From the NCBI GenBank assembly GCA_043825735.1, contig JBDRRP010000011.1:1-64000 (forward strand): a DNA stretch of 64,000 bases, in the 5' to 3' direction. This stretch comes from Pseudomonadota bacterium (GTDB taxonomy: Bacteria > Desulfobacterota > Desulfobacteria > Desulfobacterales > JBDRRP01). Position numbers and translations under genes: made by a program. The notes under the pieces are model-generated. The model was not told where the DNA came from. It searched no databases and saw only the letters and a list, made by a program, of their open reading frames with translations. Below are positions 28,112 through 38,320 of this stretch, piece by piece (position 1 is the stretch's first letter; the number at the start of each line of letters is the position of its first letter).

Positions 28112-28722
28112 GAAATCACCGTTTGGGTGCCGATATAGCGTCCGAACAGCTGCGATAATTCGGTCACCGCCGAATCCAACGCGGCATTGACCACGACATG
28201 CCGGTAGCGGTCGCGCTGTGCCATTTCATTTTCGGCCGCCGCCAGGCGCCGCGCGATCTCGGCCGGATCGTCAGTGCCCCTGTCCAAAAGACGCTGCTTC
28301 AACACTGCGCTGGACGGCGGCATGATAAAGATGGTCACGCAGTCGGGAAACCGCGCCACAATCTGGGCCGCTCCCTGGACATCGATGTCGAGCAGGATGT
28401 GGCGGCCGCCTCGAATCGCCTCGTCGATAACTCTCGCCGCCGTTCCGTAATAGTTTCCGTGAACCGCGGCCCACTCGGCCCACTCGCCGCTGCGGATGCC
28501 GGCCTCGAAGGCCGCCTTGCTGATGAAGTGGTAATCCACCCCATCGCGCTCCCCGGGGCGGGGGGCGCGGGTCGTCGCTGAAACCGAGTACTGCAGCATG
28601 GGAAAACGGCTGCGGATGGCATTGCAAAGGGTCGTCTTTCCGGCCCCGGAGGGGGCTGAAACCACGAACAGGCGCCCGGTATCGGTATGTTTCGCTGACA
28701 CGGTGGCGACGGTGGTGCTCAT
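28108..28722 (-). CDS. gmk: Guanylate kinase
   Basis: SAPSGAGKTT, SATTRAPRPGE.DGVDYHF, HGNYYGT and DIDVQGA. Confidence 0.95.
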   Translation of the reverse strand: MSTTVATVSAKHTDTGRLFVVSAPSGAGKTTLCNAIRSRFPMLQYSVSATTRAPRPGERDGVDYHFISKAAFEAGIRSGEWAEWAAVHGNYYGTAARVIDEAIRGGRHILLDIDVQGAAQIVARFPDCVTIFIMPPSSAVLKQRLLDRGTDDPAEIARRLAAAENEMAQRDRYRHVVVNAALDSAVTELSQLFGRYIGTQTVIS

Positions 28723-28726
28723 GACA

Positions 28727-28984
28727 TTACCCTTTTGCCTCGGCCAGTTGTTCAAAGCGCAGGGCGATGGTTTCCGCCTGAATGGCCGAGAGCACCACGT
28801 GATTGCTGTCGGTCACGATAATGGACCGGGTCTTGCGGCCGTGGGTGGCATCCACCAGGCGCTTTTCCTGTTTGGCTTCATCTTTGAGCCGTTTCATGGG
28901 TGCTGAATTCGGCGTCACGATGGCGACCACGCGCTCGGCCACCACGGTATTGCCGAAACCGACGTTTAGCAGCGTATTGTCCAC
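28727..28984 (-). CDS. remA: DUF370 / RemA family protein
   Basis: LNVGFGN...[25 protein letters not shown]. Confidence 0.9.
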   Translation of the reverse strand: MDNTLLNVGFGNTVVAERVVAIVTPNSAPMKRLKDEAKQEKRLVDATHGRKTRSIIVTDSNHVVLSAIQAETIALRFEQLAEAKG

Positions 28985-29034
28985 AATGTTTCCTTTCGCG
29001 GGGCGCCCGGGATCATTGAGTGTCGAGGTCGCTT

Positions 29035-29916
29035 CTATTCAATGTTTTGAATCTGCTCTCTGACCTTCTCCAACTCCGCTTTGACATCAACGATCCGGTG
29101 GGCCAGTTCGGCCTTTCCCACCTTCGCTCCCATGGTGTTGAATTCGCGGCCAAGCTCCTGGAGCAGAAAATTGAGTTTGCGTCCGGCCGCCTCGGGGGCA
29201 TCCATCAAGTGACGATACTGGGCGATATGGCTCCGGGCACGGGTGATTTCCTCTGAGATATCGCTGCGATCGGCCAACAAGGCCGCTTCCTGGGCGATGC
29301 GCACCGGATCGATTTCGGGCATGCCGTCGGTGAGGGCCTGGATGCGATCGGCGAGGCGTTTCTGATAAACGCCCGTCAGACCCTCGGCACCCCCGGCAAT
29401 GTCTTCGAGCGCGGCGTCGATGGCATCCAGTCGAGCGGCCAGGTCCTGGCCGATAAACGCCCCTTCCCGCTGCCGCATCGCAACGAGGTCGCCCACCGCG
29501 GCGCTCAGGCAGCGCTCCAGTATCGCCCACATCCCGTCGGGATCAGTCTCTGTGTCGGCTGCGGTGATCACACCGCCGGCGGCGGCCAGCAGCCCGAGCT
29601 GCCCGTCCATGGGCAGGTCGAACCGCTGCTGCAGATGGGTCAGCGCTTTCATATAGGCATCGGCGCGCGTGTCGTCCACCTGAAACGCCGCATCGGCCTG
29701 CCGGCTGTCGGTGATGGCGATATGCGTATCGATGCGCCCCCGGGTCAGGCCGGCGGCGATGTGGGCCTTGACGCGTTCTTCCAGGACCCCGTATCGTCCG
29801 GGCAGCCGCACCACCTGATCCAGATGGCGGCTGTTCACCGAACGGATTTCCACGCTGACGGTAATACCGGGCTCTGTGCACGCCGATACGGCATAGGCGG
29901 TCATACTGCTGATCAT
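29035..29916 (-). CDS. yicC: YicC/YloC family endoribonuclease
   Basis: [13 protein letters not shown] and DISEEITR...[16 protein letters not shown]...REQIQNIE. Confidence 0.92.
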   Translation of the reverse strand: MISSMTAYAVSACTEPGITVSVEIRSVNSRHLDQVVRLPGRYGVLEERVKAHIAAGLTRGRIDTHIAITDSRQADAAFQVDDTRADAYMKALTHLQQRFDLPMDGQLGLLAAAGGVITAADTETDPDGMWAILERCLSAAVGDLVAMRQREGAFIGQDLAARLDAIDAALEDIAGGAEGLTGVYQKRLADRIQALTDGMPEIDPVRIAQEAALLADRSDISEEITRARSHIAQYRHLMDAPEAAGRKLNFLLQELGREFNTMGAKVGKAELAHRIVDVKAELEKVREQIQNIE

Positions 29917-30482
29917 GGGTTCTCCTTTTCATCGGTAGGCCGGGCCTGGCCGCGGCGCCGCCCTGCCAGGTCTTCCAGATACTTGCTTCGGGCCCTTTCC
30001 AGAAACCGCAGCATCGCCGGCTGACGATAGTCGGGATAGGTCCAGGGCAGCGGTGAGAGCCGGCCGGCCGCGACCACCAGGGTCAAATCGGCGTATACGG
30101 ACTCACCGATGTAAATGCGATGGGTGAAATCCTTGCCGGTGGCCAATACAAAGCGGGACCGGTTCAGATAGCCGGGGTCAATGTTCACGCTTCTCCCCGC
30201 CCCGGCCATCAGCGTCTGCTCCAGGTCGTGGCAGAAACGTTTCACCGCTGGAAGGCGCCCCGGGTCCATGGGGGCGGCAAAGGCCACCATCCGCCGGAAC
30301 AGGGGCCCGCCCATCTCCGCCGCGTAATAATCGGTCTGATCGAAAGGCATCCACGGGCTGATCATGTCAAACGCGCCAAAGGCATCGGCCAATTGCACCG
30401 CCACCGGGGCAAAGCTCTCACGACGCGGCGAAAACATGCCGATGATTAACTTTACCGGTTCCGGTGATCGGAGGGAGCTCAT
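29913..30482 (-). CDS. DUF4416 family protein
   Basis: TDYY..EMG, RSVNIDPGY, LATGKDFTHRIY and LPWTYPDY. Confidence 0.8.
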   Translation of the reverse strand: MSSLRSPEPVKLIIGMFSPRRESFAPVAVQLADAFGAFDMISPWMPFDQTDYYAAEMGGPLFRRMVAFAAPMDPGRLPAVKRFCHDLEQTLMAGAGRSVNIDPGYLNRSRFVLATGKDFTHRIYIGESVYADLTLVVAAGRLSPLPWTYPDYRQPAMLRFLERARSKYLEDLAGRRRGQARPTDEKENP

Positions 30483-30506
30483 GGTCAGGTCGGCGACAGG
30501 GTGGCG

Positions 30507-30677
30507 TCAATCCAGGGGTTTGGCCTCGTCAATCAACATGATGGGGATGTCGTCTCTGATCTCGTAGACCAGTCGGCAGGCATCACAGATCAGACCGTCC
30601 TTGGCGTCATTGAGGTGAATATCGCCCTTGCATTGCGGGCACGCCAATATTTCAAGCAACTCGTTGCTGATGGCCAT
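30507..30677 (-). CDS. Trm112/YcaR family protein
   Basis: LLEILACPQCKG...C..C.LVYEIRDDIPIMLIDEA. Confidence 0.9.
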   Translation of the reverse strand: MAISNELLEILACPQCKGDIHLNDAKDGLICDACRLVYEIRDDIPIMLIDEAKPLD

Positions 30678-30780
30678 GGGTGAGCGCTCCTTCGCTTGAG
30701 TGGGTTGTGGGTGGCCGCACACGTTAAAAAGTGTCTATCCCTTACGGCAATCAGGGTAAAAAAGCAATCTTCTCTCCGCG

Positions 30781-31959
30781 TCACCGGCGCGGCGCCGCTT
30801 CGGGTGCGCCGCCCGCCGGATTTACCAGTTCATCATAGAGCGCGGCCACCTCCCCGGCAACGGCATCCCAGCTGAGCCGGCCGGCAGCCGCCCGGTTGGC
30901 CTTTCCCATGGCGCAGCGGGTGCCCTCATCCAGGAGTGCCCCCATCGCCGCGGCCAGGGTCTCAGGCGGCGGATCGACGGGCAGTACGAACCCGTTGACA
31001 CGGTCGACCACAAGATCCCGGGCCCCCACACGATCGGTGATGACCACCGGGATGCCGGCGGCCATGGCCTCGAGCACCACCAGGCCGAACGTGTCAAATC
31101 GCGACGGCAGCAGGCACATGTCCGCGGCCCGGTAGAGCTCCGGCAGGTCCCGGCGCACGCCGGCAAAAATGACCCTGTCGGCCACGCCCAATTGGCGGGC
31201 CATCGCAGCAAACCGCGCCGCGTCGCCTTTGCCGGCCACCAGCAGCCTCAGTGCGCCGCCGCCCGGGCGGCGCACCAGGTGGGCCAGGGCCTTTAACACC
31301 AGGTCCAGTCGCTTGAGCTCGAAATTCATGCTGACAAAAAGCGCCACCACGGCATCCTCTGGCCACCCGTGGCGCCTACGGACGTCGGTGCGGGCCGCCG
31401 GGCGCGATATGGCGTCATATCGCGCCGTATCCACACCCGGATGAACGATGCGCACCCGGTCCTCGGGCAGGGGGTATATCTTCAGTAACTCCTGTTTGAC
31501 CAGACCCGAAACGGTCAGCACCAGTGGGCAAGGGGTGCGCATGAGGCCACGGCGTTCCACACCGGCCACAGCCCGGTCAAACAGGCTCAGCCATGGTCGC
31601 TTGGTGGCCCGGATCCACGCGGCATGGGGCACGCCGTGAAAGGTCAGGACATCCATCCGAGAGAGCCGGTCGTGACTGTGTATCAGGTCGCACCCCACCC
31701 GGCGGATGGCCCGATCGGCGAACCAGGCGAAACTCACCGGACGGGCCCACCGGGGAAAGGCGACGATGGGCACCTTGTGGAAGGTGACGGGCGCCGCACC
31801 GATGCGCCATCGATTGGCAAACACGTGAATTTCAAATCGCGGGTACGCCGCCAGACGCTCGGTAAGCTCGAAAACAAAGTTTTCGGCGCCGCCCACCAGC
31901 CCGTATTTGGGGACGACGACACCGATCTTGAGCCGGGTGCCCGGGGAGCGCACCTTCAT
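30781..31959 (-). CDS. Glycosyltransferase family 4 (WaaG-like)
   Basis: GGAENFV, HPGVD and PSRFDTFGLVVLEAMAAGIPV. Confidence 0.9.
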   Translation of the reverse strand: MKVRSPGTRLKIGVVVPKYGLVGGAENFVFELTERLAAYPRFEIHVFANRWRIGAAPVTFHKVPIVAFPRWARPVSFAWFADRAIRRVGCDLIHSHDRLSRMDVLTFHGVPHAAWIRATKRPWLSLFDRAVAGVERRGLMRTPCPLVLTVSGLVKQELLKIYPLPEDRVRIVHPGVDTARYDAISRPAARTDVRRRHGWPEDAVVALFVSMNFELKRLDLVLKALAHLVRRPGGGALRLLVAGKGDAARFAAMARQLGVADRVIFAGVRRDLPELYRAADMCLLPSRFDTFGLVVLEAMAAGIPVVITDRVGARDLVVDRVNGFVLPVDPPPETLAAAMGALLDEGTRCAMGKANRAAAGRLSWDAVAGEVAALYDELVNPAGGAPEAAPRR

Positions 31960-32891
31960 AGACCCTCCCCGCCACGGCTGATGATCTCCTCACGCAGCCG
32001 CCGATACTCGTCCACCCGATCTGCCGGACAATGTCCCCCCAGGGCCCGGTCCAACAAGAGCAGCAGCGCCGATGCCTTCTCATTTCGCACCTCGCGGCGT
32101 CGCTGCGCATTTTCAGCTGCCTTTCGGCGTCGATGCCACAACCGCTTTACCTCCCACCACACCTTTTCGTGCAGCGGCAACTGCAATTTTTCGTTACGGC
32201 GGCGTTCCAAACGGGTGCCGATGCCTGCCACCTGATGGGGATGCAGCCGGTAGCGCCCCAGACGCGCATCAACCACGCACGGCGCCCCGAGAAAGAAACA
32301 GACGGCACTGATCCACCAGTCATGCCCCACCAGGGGTGAAGGAAACGGCAGCATCTTTTCACGCATGGCGGCGTCGATAAACATGGTGCATCCGGGCACC
32401 GGATTGGAATAGCGGGCAATACGGGCCCGGGCATCACTGCCGGCCACCGGAAGCGGCTCCCCTTCCGGAGCCACGGCCCAGAAGCTCTCGGCACGCGTCT
32501 CCCCCTGAGGGTTGATGATGGCCAGATCATGAAACCACATCCCGGCACCAGGGTTTTCGGCTGCGGCCGCCAGCAGTGCGGCGAGTTTACCCGGCAGCCA
32601 CTCGTCGTCCTGATCGGCCAGGGCAATGAAGTGGGTGTCGCACTGGGACATGGCTTTGGCAAATGTGTATGGCGCACCGCGGTTCTGGCGATTGCCCGCC
32701 ACCCGGACGATTCCAGGATGCCTCCGGGCGTATTCGTCAAGGATGCGCGGCGTGGCGTCCGTGGAGGCATCGTCAACGATCACCATCCTGTCAGGCATCC
32801 GTTCCTGTGCGAAGATGCTGTCCAGCTGAGGTCTGATATATCGCTCGCCATTGTATGTGGCCATGGCCACGCCCACGCGGGTGTCCCTCAT
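31956..32891 (-). CDS. Glycosyltransferase family 2 (rhamnosyltransferase-like)
   Basis: MATYNGERYI..QLDSI, DDASTD, ADQDDEW...K, GCTM and HDWW. Confidence 0.9.
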   Translation of the reverse strand: MRDTRVGVAMATYNGERYIRPQLDSIFAQERMPDRMVIVDDASTDATPRILDEYARRHPGIVRVAGNRQNRGAPYTFAKAMSQCDTHFIALADQDDEWLPGKLAALLAAAAENPGAGMWFHDLAIINPQGETRAESFWAVAPEGEPLPVAGSDARARIARYSNPVPGCTMFIDAAMREKMLPFPSPLVGHDWWISAVCFFLGAPCVVDARLGRYRLHPHQVAGIGTRLERRRNEKLQLPLHEKVWWEVKRLWHRRRKAAENAQRRREVRNEKASALLLLLDRALGGHCPADRVDEYRRLREEIISRGGEGL

Positions 32892-32984
32892 ACCGCCGCT
32901 CCGGGCATCAGGCGGTCGGCGCGTATTGTCAACGTCATACCAGTCACTGGAGCATTCTGCATAAGCGTGAAGGCCTTTTTGCGA

Positions 32985-34088
32985 TCAGTTCTGGGTCCGC
33001 GTCCGGTGAAAGGCGCCCAGGCTGGCCTGAACGGCATCCGCCACCGATGCCACATCCAGCGCCTCGAGGCAGCGGCTCCGCCCACTGTTGGCGCACCCTT
33101 TGTCAAAACACGGCTCGCAGTCCCATCCGGCACGCACCACCCGATGGATTGTGCCCCGCGGGGCCCAGTCCGCGTCGGAAGACGGGCCGAAGATCAGCAC
33201 GGTGGGGGTCCCGACGGCTGCGGCAAGGTGCATGCCGGCGCTGTCGACACCGATGAACAGGTCGGCGCGTGCCAGCAGTGCAGCATATTCGCCGATGGAT
33301 GTCCGCTCCGCAAGGTTAAAAACGTCCTCACCGCAATCGGCGGCAAGATCGGCGGCAAGATCGGCGGCCCGGTCGCGCTCTCCGGGACCACCGGTGACCA
33401 CCACGACGACCCCATGGTCCCGCACCGTGCGGCGGACCAGTTCGGCGTATCGCTCCTGCGCCCACTCCTTGTATCGCCACAGCGAAAACGGCTGCAGGAC
33501 CACCAGCCGGCGATCCGGTGGCACCCCGGCATGACGCAGCAACGCATCGACAGCGTCAACCCGTTGCGGCGGCGGCGTCATCTCCGGCCACCGGTGGGGC
33601 GTCCGGATGTCGTAGGTTGACAGCAGGCTGAGATGGAAATCGACCATATGGTCTCCGGGGGCCTGCGCGGGGGCCGCCAGATGGGTGAACATGGGATTTC
33701 GCCAAAACGGGTCGTCCCGCGCCAAAAATCCAATGCGCCATCGGGCGCCTGACAGGCCGGCCAAGACGGCGCCGCGCGTCCCCGTTCGAAAATCAATGGC
33801 CAGATCGATCCGGCGTTTTCTGATATCACGGAGAAACGCCGCCTGCTGAAGCAGCCGCGCGATCACAGCACCGCGGGTCCGCCGCACGGGAATCACGCCG
33901 TCCACCCACCGGCAGTCGGCCACGATCTCAGAGGCCTTGTCCCACACCGCCGCATGCACCCGGGCATCCGGATAGGTCTCCTTCAGGGCCCTGATGCACG
34001 GCAGGGTGAGCACCACATCACCGATGTCACCCAACTGAATGACAAGAATGTCTTTTACGGGAGCAAACACCAGCGGGTTTTGTTGCAC
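32985..34088 (-). CDS. Glycosyltransferase family 9 (heptosyltransferase, RfaQ-like)
   Basis: IGDVVLTLP, GVDSAGMHLAAAVGTPTV.IFGPS and a C-terminal Cys cluster. The start is uncertain. Confidence 0.88.
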   Translation of the reverse strand: MQQNPLVFAPVKDILVIQLGDIGDVVLTLPCIRALKETYPDARVHAAVWDKASEIVADCRWVDGVIPVRRTRGAVIARLLQQAAFLRDIRKRRIDLAIDFRTGTRGAVLAGLSGARWRIGFLARDDPFWRNPMFTHLAAPAQAPGDHMVDFHLSLLSTYDIRTPHRWPEMTPPPQRVDAVDALLRHAGVPPDRRLVVLQPFSLWRYKEWAQERYAELVRRTVRDHGVVVVVTGGPGERDRAADLAADLAADCGEDVFNLAERTSIGEYAALLARADLFIGVDSAGMHLAAAVGTPTVLIFGPSSDADWAPRGTIHRVVRAGWDCEPCFDKGCANSGRSRCLEALDVASVADAVQASLGAFHRTRTQN

Positions 34089-34436
34089 GGGATTTTCCCT
34101 GAAAAAAGATGCGGTTTTTCGATCAGCGGATCGTCTGGCCGCGCGCGCATTCCCCGCGGACCTCGGGGAATGCGCGTGCAACGCCGGTTCGGCCTCCGCA
34201 CAATAGAGAAAACGACCGTTTCATGTCAATCGGTTTCGACCGGGGCCGCCGATCATATTACGGGTTGAAAAGTCATCAGGGATCTGGGATGAGAGGGCTG
34301 CCGGTTGGCGGCGGCAAACACTGGGGACAAAAACACGGGTGCCCCGGGGCGACCGGCGATCACCGGCGCCCATTGCCACACGACCCGTTGCGAAGATCGG
34401 ATCCTCGCCGGTGCGGAACAGGTGAAGAAAATCGAT

Positions 34437-35312
34437 ATGGTAACTCATTTCAGCACCCCGGCGACGGTATCGGTCATCATCGTCAGCTACAATACGGCGG
34501 ACCACCTGATGCGCTGCCTTGACGCGGTCGCCGAACAGGCGGGCGTCACGGTCCATGCCACCGTTGTCGATAATGCGTCCGCCGACGGGAGCCCGGAAGC
34601 GGTGCGCCGGCACCACCCCGGCGTCGATCTCATCGCCAACACCGAAAACCTGGGATTCGGGCGCGCCAACAACCAGGTGATCCGGAATGTTACAGATGAT
34701 TATATCGTCTTTTTGAACCCGGACACCCAATTGCAGACCGACGCCCTGATGGCTATGGTCGCCTACATGGAACGCCATCCGGACGTCGGTCTGGCCGGCG
34801 GCCGGCTGGCCAACCCCGACGGCAGCCACCAGGCGTCGGTGGAGCACCGCTACCCCGGGCAGCGCTATACCGGCGGCCGCCTGGCGACCCTGCCCGGAAC
34901 CATTGCCTGGGTCATGGGCGCCTTCATGATCGTCCGGCGCGATCTTGTGAAAGAAATCGGAGGGTTCGACGAGCAGTTTTTCCTCTATGGTGAAGACATC
35001 GACCTGTGTCTCAGCATTCGGCAGCGGGGGTGGGCCATCGGGTATGCCGATGACGCTGTGGCCATCCACTGGGGCGGGGAGAGCGAACGCGACAGCCTGC
35101 CCGAAGCCGTCATGCGGAAAAAGTATGCCGCCGAAATCCGCTTCTATGAAAAACACTATACCGCTGCGGAAATGACGCGCATCAAACGAAAGACCCGCCT
35201 GCAGGCCTTATGGCGCCTGGCCGGCCTGACTCCGCAAATGATGGTCGCACCCCGCCGGAGCGTGATCCGCGACTACCATCGGTATCGCCTGGCATGGCAG
35301 ATGTTCAGGTAG
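34437..35312 (+). CDS. Glycosyltransferase family 2 (WbbL-like)
   Basis: IIVSYNT, VDNASADG, NLGFGRANN, LNPD and GFDEQFFLYGEDIDLC. Confidence 0.9.
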   Translation: MVTHFSTPATVSVIIVSYNTADHLMRCLDAVAEQAGVTVHATVVDNASADGSPEAVRRHHPGVDLIANTENLGFGRANNQVIRNVTDDYIVFLNPDTQLQTDALMAMVAYMERHPDVGLAGGRLANPDGSHQASVEHRYPGQRYTGGRLATLPGTIAWVMGAFMIVRRDLVKEIGGFDEQFFLYGEDIDLCLSIRQRGWAIGYADDAVAIHWGGESERDSLPEAVMRKKYAAEIRFYEKHYTAAEMTRIKRKTRLQALWRLAGLTPQMMVAPRRSVIRDYHRYRLAWQMFR

Positions 35313-35457
35313 TGTCCGACCACAAACGGCATCTTTCGGCCCCTGGCGGCGTACTCGCTCCTTTTGCAATCCTCGACGTAGCTACCGCTACGCCTCCGGT
35401 TGCAAAAGTGCTCGGGCCTTGCCAGGAACCAAAATCTACCATTTGTGGCCGGACACT
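35311..35457. mobile_element. MITE/REP-like palindromic element, family B, short copy
   Basis: TIR AGTGTCCGACCACAAA / TTTGTGGCCGGACACT (15/16 match), with the core GGCGGCGT..CGTAGCTACCGCTACG..CTCGGGCCTTGCC. Confidence 0.8.
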
Positions 35458-35466
35458 GTTTAACAC

Positions 35467-35595
35467 CCACAAACGGCATCTTTGTCTTAGAACCCCTGCG
35501 CTTCGCTCAGGGGTCCAGACGAAACGACCGGCCCCTGGCGGCGTACTCGCTCCTTTTGCAATCCTCGACGGTGCTACCGCTACGCCTCCGGTTGC
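35467..35595. mobile_element. Family B element, truncated tandem copy overlapping the O-antigen ligase stop
   Basis: Repeats CCACAAACGGCATCTTT...GGCCCCTGGCGGCGTACTCGCTCCTTTTGCAATCCTCGACG...GCTACGCCTCCGGTTGC. Confidence 0.75.
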
Positions 35596-36839
35596 GCCTG
35601 ACGCCAGAGGATGATGATCATGGCAAGGATGGTGTAAAACACAATAGCTTGAAGGTCGTAAGCGGCATCGCCGAACAAGGATTGGGTGAAAAAACCCGCG
35701 AAAGACGCCCCCAGGCAGACCGCCCAGCCGCGAGCGACGGAATCCTTGGCATGCCGGATGAGGGATACCAGCATCCCGATCACCCGGGCCATGGTATACA
35801 GGAATATGGCAACCCCCACGATCCCGGTGCGCACCGCGATATCCATCAGAAAATTGTGGGGAGAGGCGATGATGATGGGGAAACGCGCTTTCTCCGGGAT
35901 TCTCATCCGATAGGCGTCGAGATCGATGAATTCCTTGTAACCGTAAGTCTGCATGCCAAAGCCGATGCCTGTGACCGGATAGTCCTTGATGATCTCCAGG
36001 GTTATGTGATTGGTTTGAACCCGATCATTTAATAACACTTGGTCTATATCAAAACGGTCTCTGAAACCCGGTGTCAGGGCGACCCCGATGACGATCAGGA
36101 CGATGACCGCGACGGTGAAGCGTTTGAAAACAGGTGCCCCGAACAGGGAAAAAATGCATAAGCCGACGAATATGGCCAGCAATGGGCTGCGCCCCTTGCC
36201 CAGCAGCGTAGCGGCGAGCAGCGCCAAGATGGCCACCACCGCCAGCAAGCGGCCCCAGAAGCCGTCATGGCTTTGCAGTTTGTGAATCGAGAGAAAAAAG
36301 CCAAAAACGTACAGGTAATCCCGGTAAGGGTAGAGTACCAGTCGCTCAGGAAAGGGATTTCCCAGATAGAGATAGAAAAACCCCATATAAAACAGGCAAA
36401 ACGCCGCACATGACCCGATCACGACCCATGACAGGGTCTCCAGTCCGCGGGGCGAACCGAAATAATGGGCCAGCATGAAGCTGATCGCCAGATATTTGAT
36501 CAAGTGGGCGAGGATATCGTTTATGGTGTTGGGCACATTCAGCGCGGTGGCGACGCCGATGGCGGCCCACAGCGCAAATGCCGCAAACCCACGGGTCATG
36601 GGGGTGTCCAGGGAAAACCGGATGGACCCTGTAAACGCGAGTATCAGCGTTATCCCCAGAGAAGAATAAAAGCAGATTTCCTTGATGGAGGTGTCCTGCA
36701 CAAAGGGGGCAAGAAATATGAACACCCCCATCAGAACCGGCACCGCCCGATTCATTTTCTCCAGTACCGTCTTAAGCCGAGGCCGGTCGCCAACGCAGAA
36801 AAGGCGCCAGCGGTTGATGCTGTCTAATGGCGATGACAT
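35580..36839 (-). CDS. O-antigen ligase family protein
   Basis: Multi-TM protein with R...TLEIIKDYPVTGIGFG...SPHNFLMDIAVRTGIVG (Wzy_C motif). Confidence 0.88.
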   Translation of the reverse strand: MSSPLDSINRWRLFCVGDRPRLKTVLEKMNRAVPVLMGVFIFLAPFVQDTSIKEICFYSSLGITLILAFTGSIRFSLDTPMTRGFAAFALWAAIGVATALNVPNTINDILAHLIKYLAISFMLAHYFGSPRGLETLSWVVIGSCAAFCLFYMGFFYLYLGNPFPERLVLYPYRDYLYVFGFFLSIHKLQSHDGFWGRLLAVVAILALLAATLLGKGRSPLLAIFVGLCIFSLFGAPVFKRFTVAVIVLIVIGVALTPGFRDRFDIDQVLLNDRVQTNHITLEIIKDYPVTGIGFGMQTYGYKEFIDLDAYRMRIPEKARFPIIIASPHNFLMDIAVRTGIVGVAIFLYTMARVIGMLVSLIRHAKDSVARGWAVCLGASFAGFFTQSLFGDAAYDLQAIVFYTILAMIIILWRQAQPEA

Positions 36840-36910
36840 CCATTACTCCTAATAAATTCTTGATAAAACTACGGGACTATCTACCAAATAAATGTTTGAA
36901 CGATTGGGTC

Positions 36911-37119
36911 TCGCAGGCATCCTCTTTTTCGGCCCCGGCTTTTTCTAATGATCGCGGTCAGCAGCCCGCCGCCGCACTGTGATCGGACCCGGCGCAAAGA
37001 AATGCCGGCTTTAAAGCCGATGCGCGTCGGCTGCTGACGGTCAAATCCTTTATCCCTGCGCCGGCACTCGTACTAAAGACGCCTTTTGCTGGCGGGGCCG
37101 AAAAAGAGGATGCCTGCGA
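36911..37119. repeat. 209-bp element bounded by a perfect 27-bp inverted repeat
   Basis: TCGCAGGCATCCTCTTTTTCGGCCCCG (36911-36937) and its exact reverse complement (37093-37119), with nested internal IRs. Confidence 0.8.
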
Positions 37120-37442
37120 CGCCGACGACTACCGGTAACCTTACTTTCGTAGATACTCCCTTAAAACTATAAGCTCGCAGCGCCAAAGGCGCCCAGGAGT
37201 GGTTGTTTCAACCCAACGATGTGTGCTAATAGCTGGTCCGAAAAAATGACAAAAAGCGTCGGCACGCCATTGCGCCCGGGCACAGAATGCTCCGGTACGG
37301 CTGGTGTCCGTCAAAAATGGAAAATCATGTGTACTTGGACGGGTCCAAAATATCAAGCCTTTGAGACGACAGAAAGCGCCGCTGACGCAGACAGTCATGG
37401 CGGCTCACCACCACGACCAACCGAGAAATTGGAAAACAACTC

Positions 37443-38279
37443 ATGATAGCCACCCCCCAGCAGCGCTACCTTGATCTGCTTAAAAAAACACTGTCATTCA
37501 TACTGTGGCCCGAACCCCCTGAACCGGTCATGGCGTTCAACTACCTTAGAAAACCGTTGCGGCGCACGCTTTATGCCATACTGGCCCAAGTCCTCAGCAA
37601 AATGGGACTGATCCTGTCGGTGGACAGGGCCTATTCCGCCACTCAGCGTCTGGAGGGCGAAATCTGGCCTGGATACGCCGATACCATGATCGGCATGAAC
37701 CGGCTGGACAATCTGCAGCTTTGCACCGAGCAGGTGCTGGCCGATAATGTCCCCGGCGACTTTATCGAAACCGGGGTCTGGCGGGGCGGCGCCTGCATTT
37801 TCATGCGCGCCGTGCTGGCCGCCTACGGGGTCACCGACCGGAAAGTCTTTGTCGCGGATTCATTCCAGGGGCTTCCCAGGCCTGACGGGGATCGCTTCCC
37901 CGCGGACAAAAACGATACGCTCTACAGGCATGACTACCTCGCCGTCAGCCAGGACCAGGTCAAAGACAATTTCAGAAAATACGACCTGCTCGACGAACAG
38001 GTGGTGTTTCTCGCCGGCTGGTTCGAGGACACGCTGCCGTCAGCCCCCATCTCTGAGCTCGCCGTACTGCGTCTCGACGGTGACATGTACAGCTCCACCA
38101 TGCAGGCATTGGAAAGCCTTTACGCCAAGCTGTCTCCGGGGGGGTTTTGCATCATCGACGACTATTTCCTGCCCGGGTGTCAGCAGGCCGTCGATGACTA
38201 CCGAGCGAGGGAAAACATTCAGGAAGAAGTCATACCCATCGACGGCTCGAGCGTCTACTGGCGGAAGAATCTTAACTGA
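37443..38279 (+). CDS. TylF/MycF/NovP family O-methyltransferase
   Basis: YLDLLK, TMIG..RLDNL, GDFIETGVWRGG, DSFQGLP, GWFEDTLP and LRLDGDMYSST. Confidence 0.92.
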   Translation: MIATPQQRYLDLLKKTLSFILWPEPPEPVMAFNYLRKPLRRTLYAILAQVLSKMGLILSVDRAYSATQRLEGEIWPGYADTMIGMNRLDNLQLCTEQVLADNVPGDFIETGVWRGGACIFMRAVLAAYGVTDRKVFVADSFQGLPRPDGDRFPADKNDTLYRHDYLAVSQDQVKDNFRKYDLLDEQVVFLAGWFEDTLPSAPISELAVLRLDGDMYSSTMQALESLYAKLSPGGFCIIDDYFLPGCQQAVDDYRARENIQEEVIPIDGSSVYWRKNLN

Positions 38280-38320
38280 AATGCCGCCACCACGCCCGGG
38301 GGACTCAGCCGGCAGGCGCC

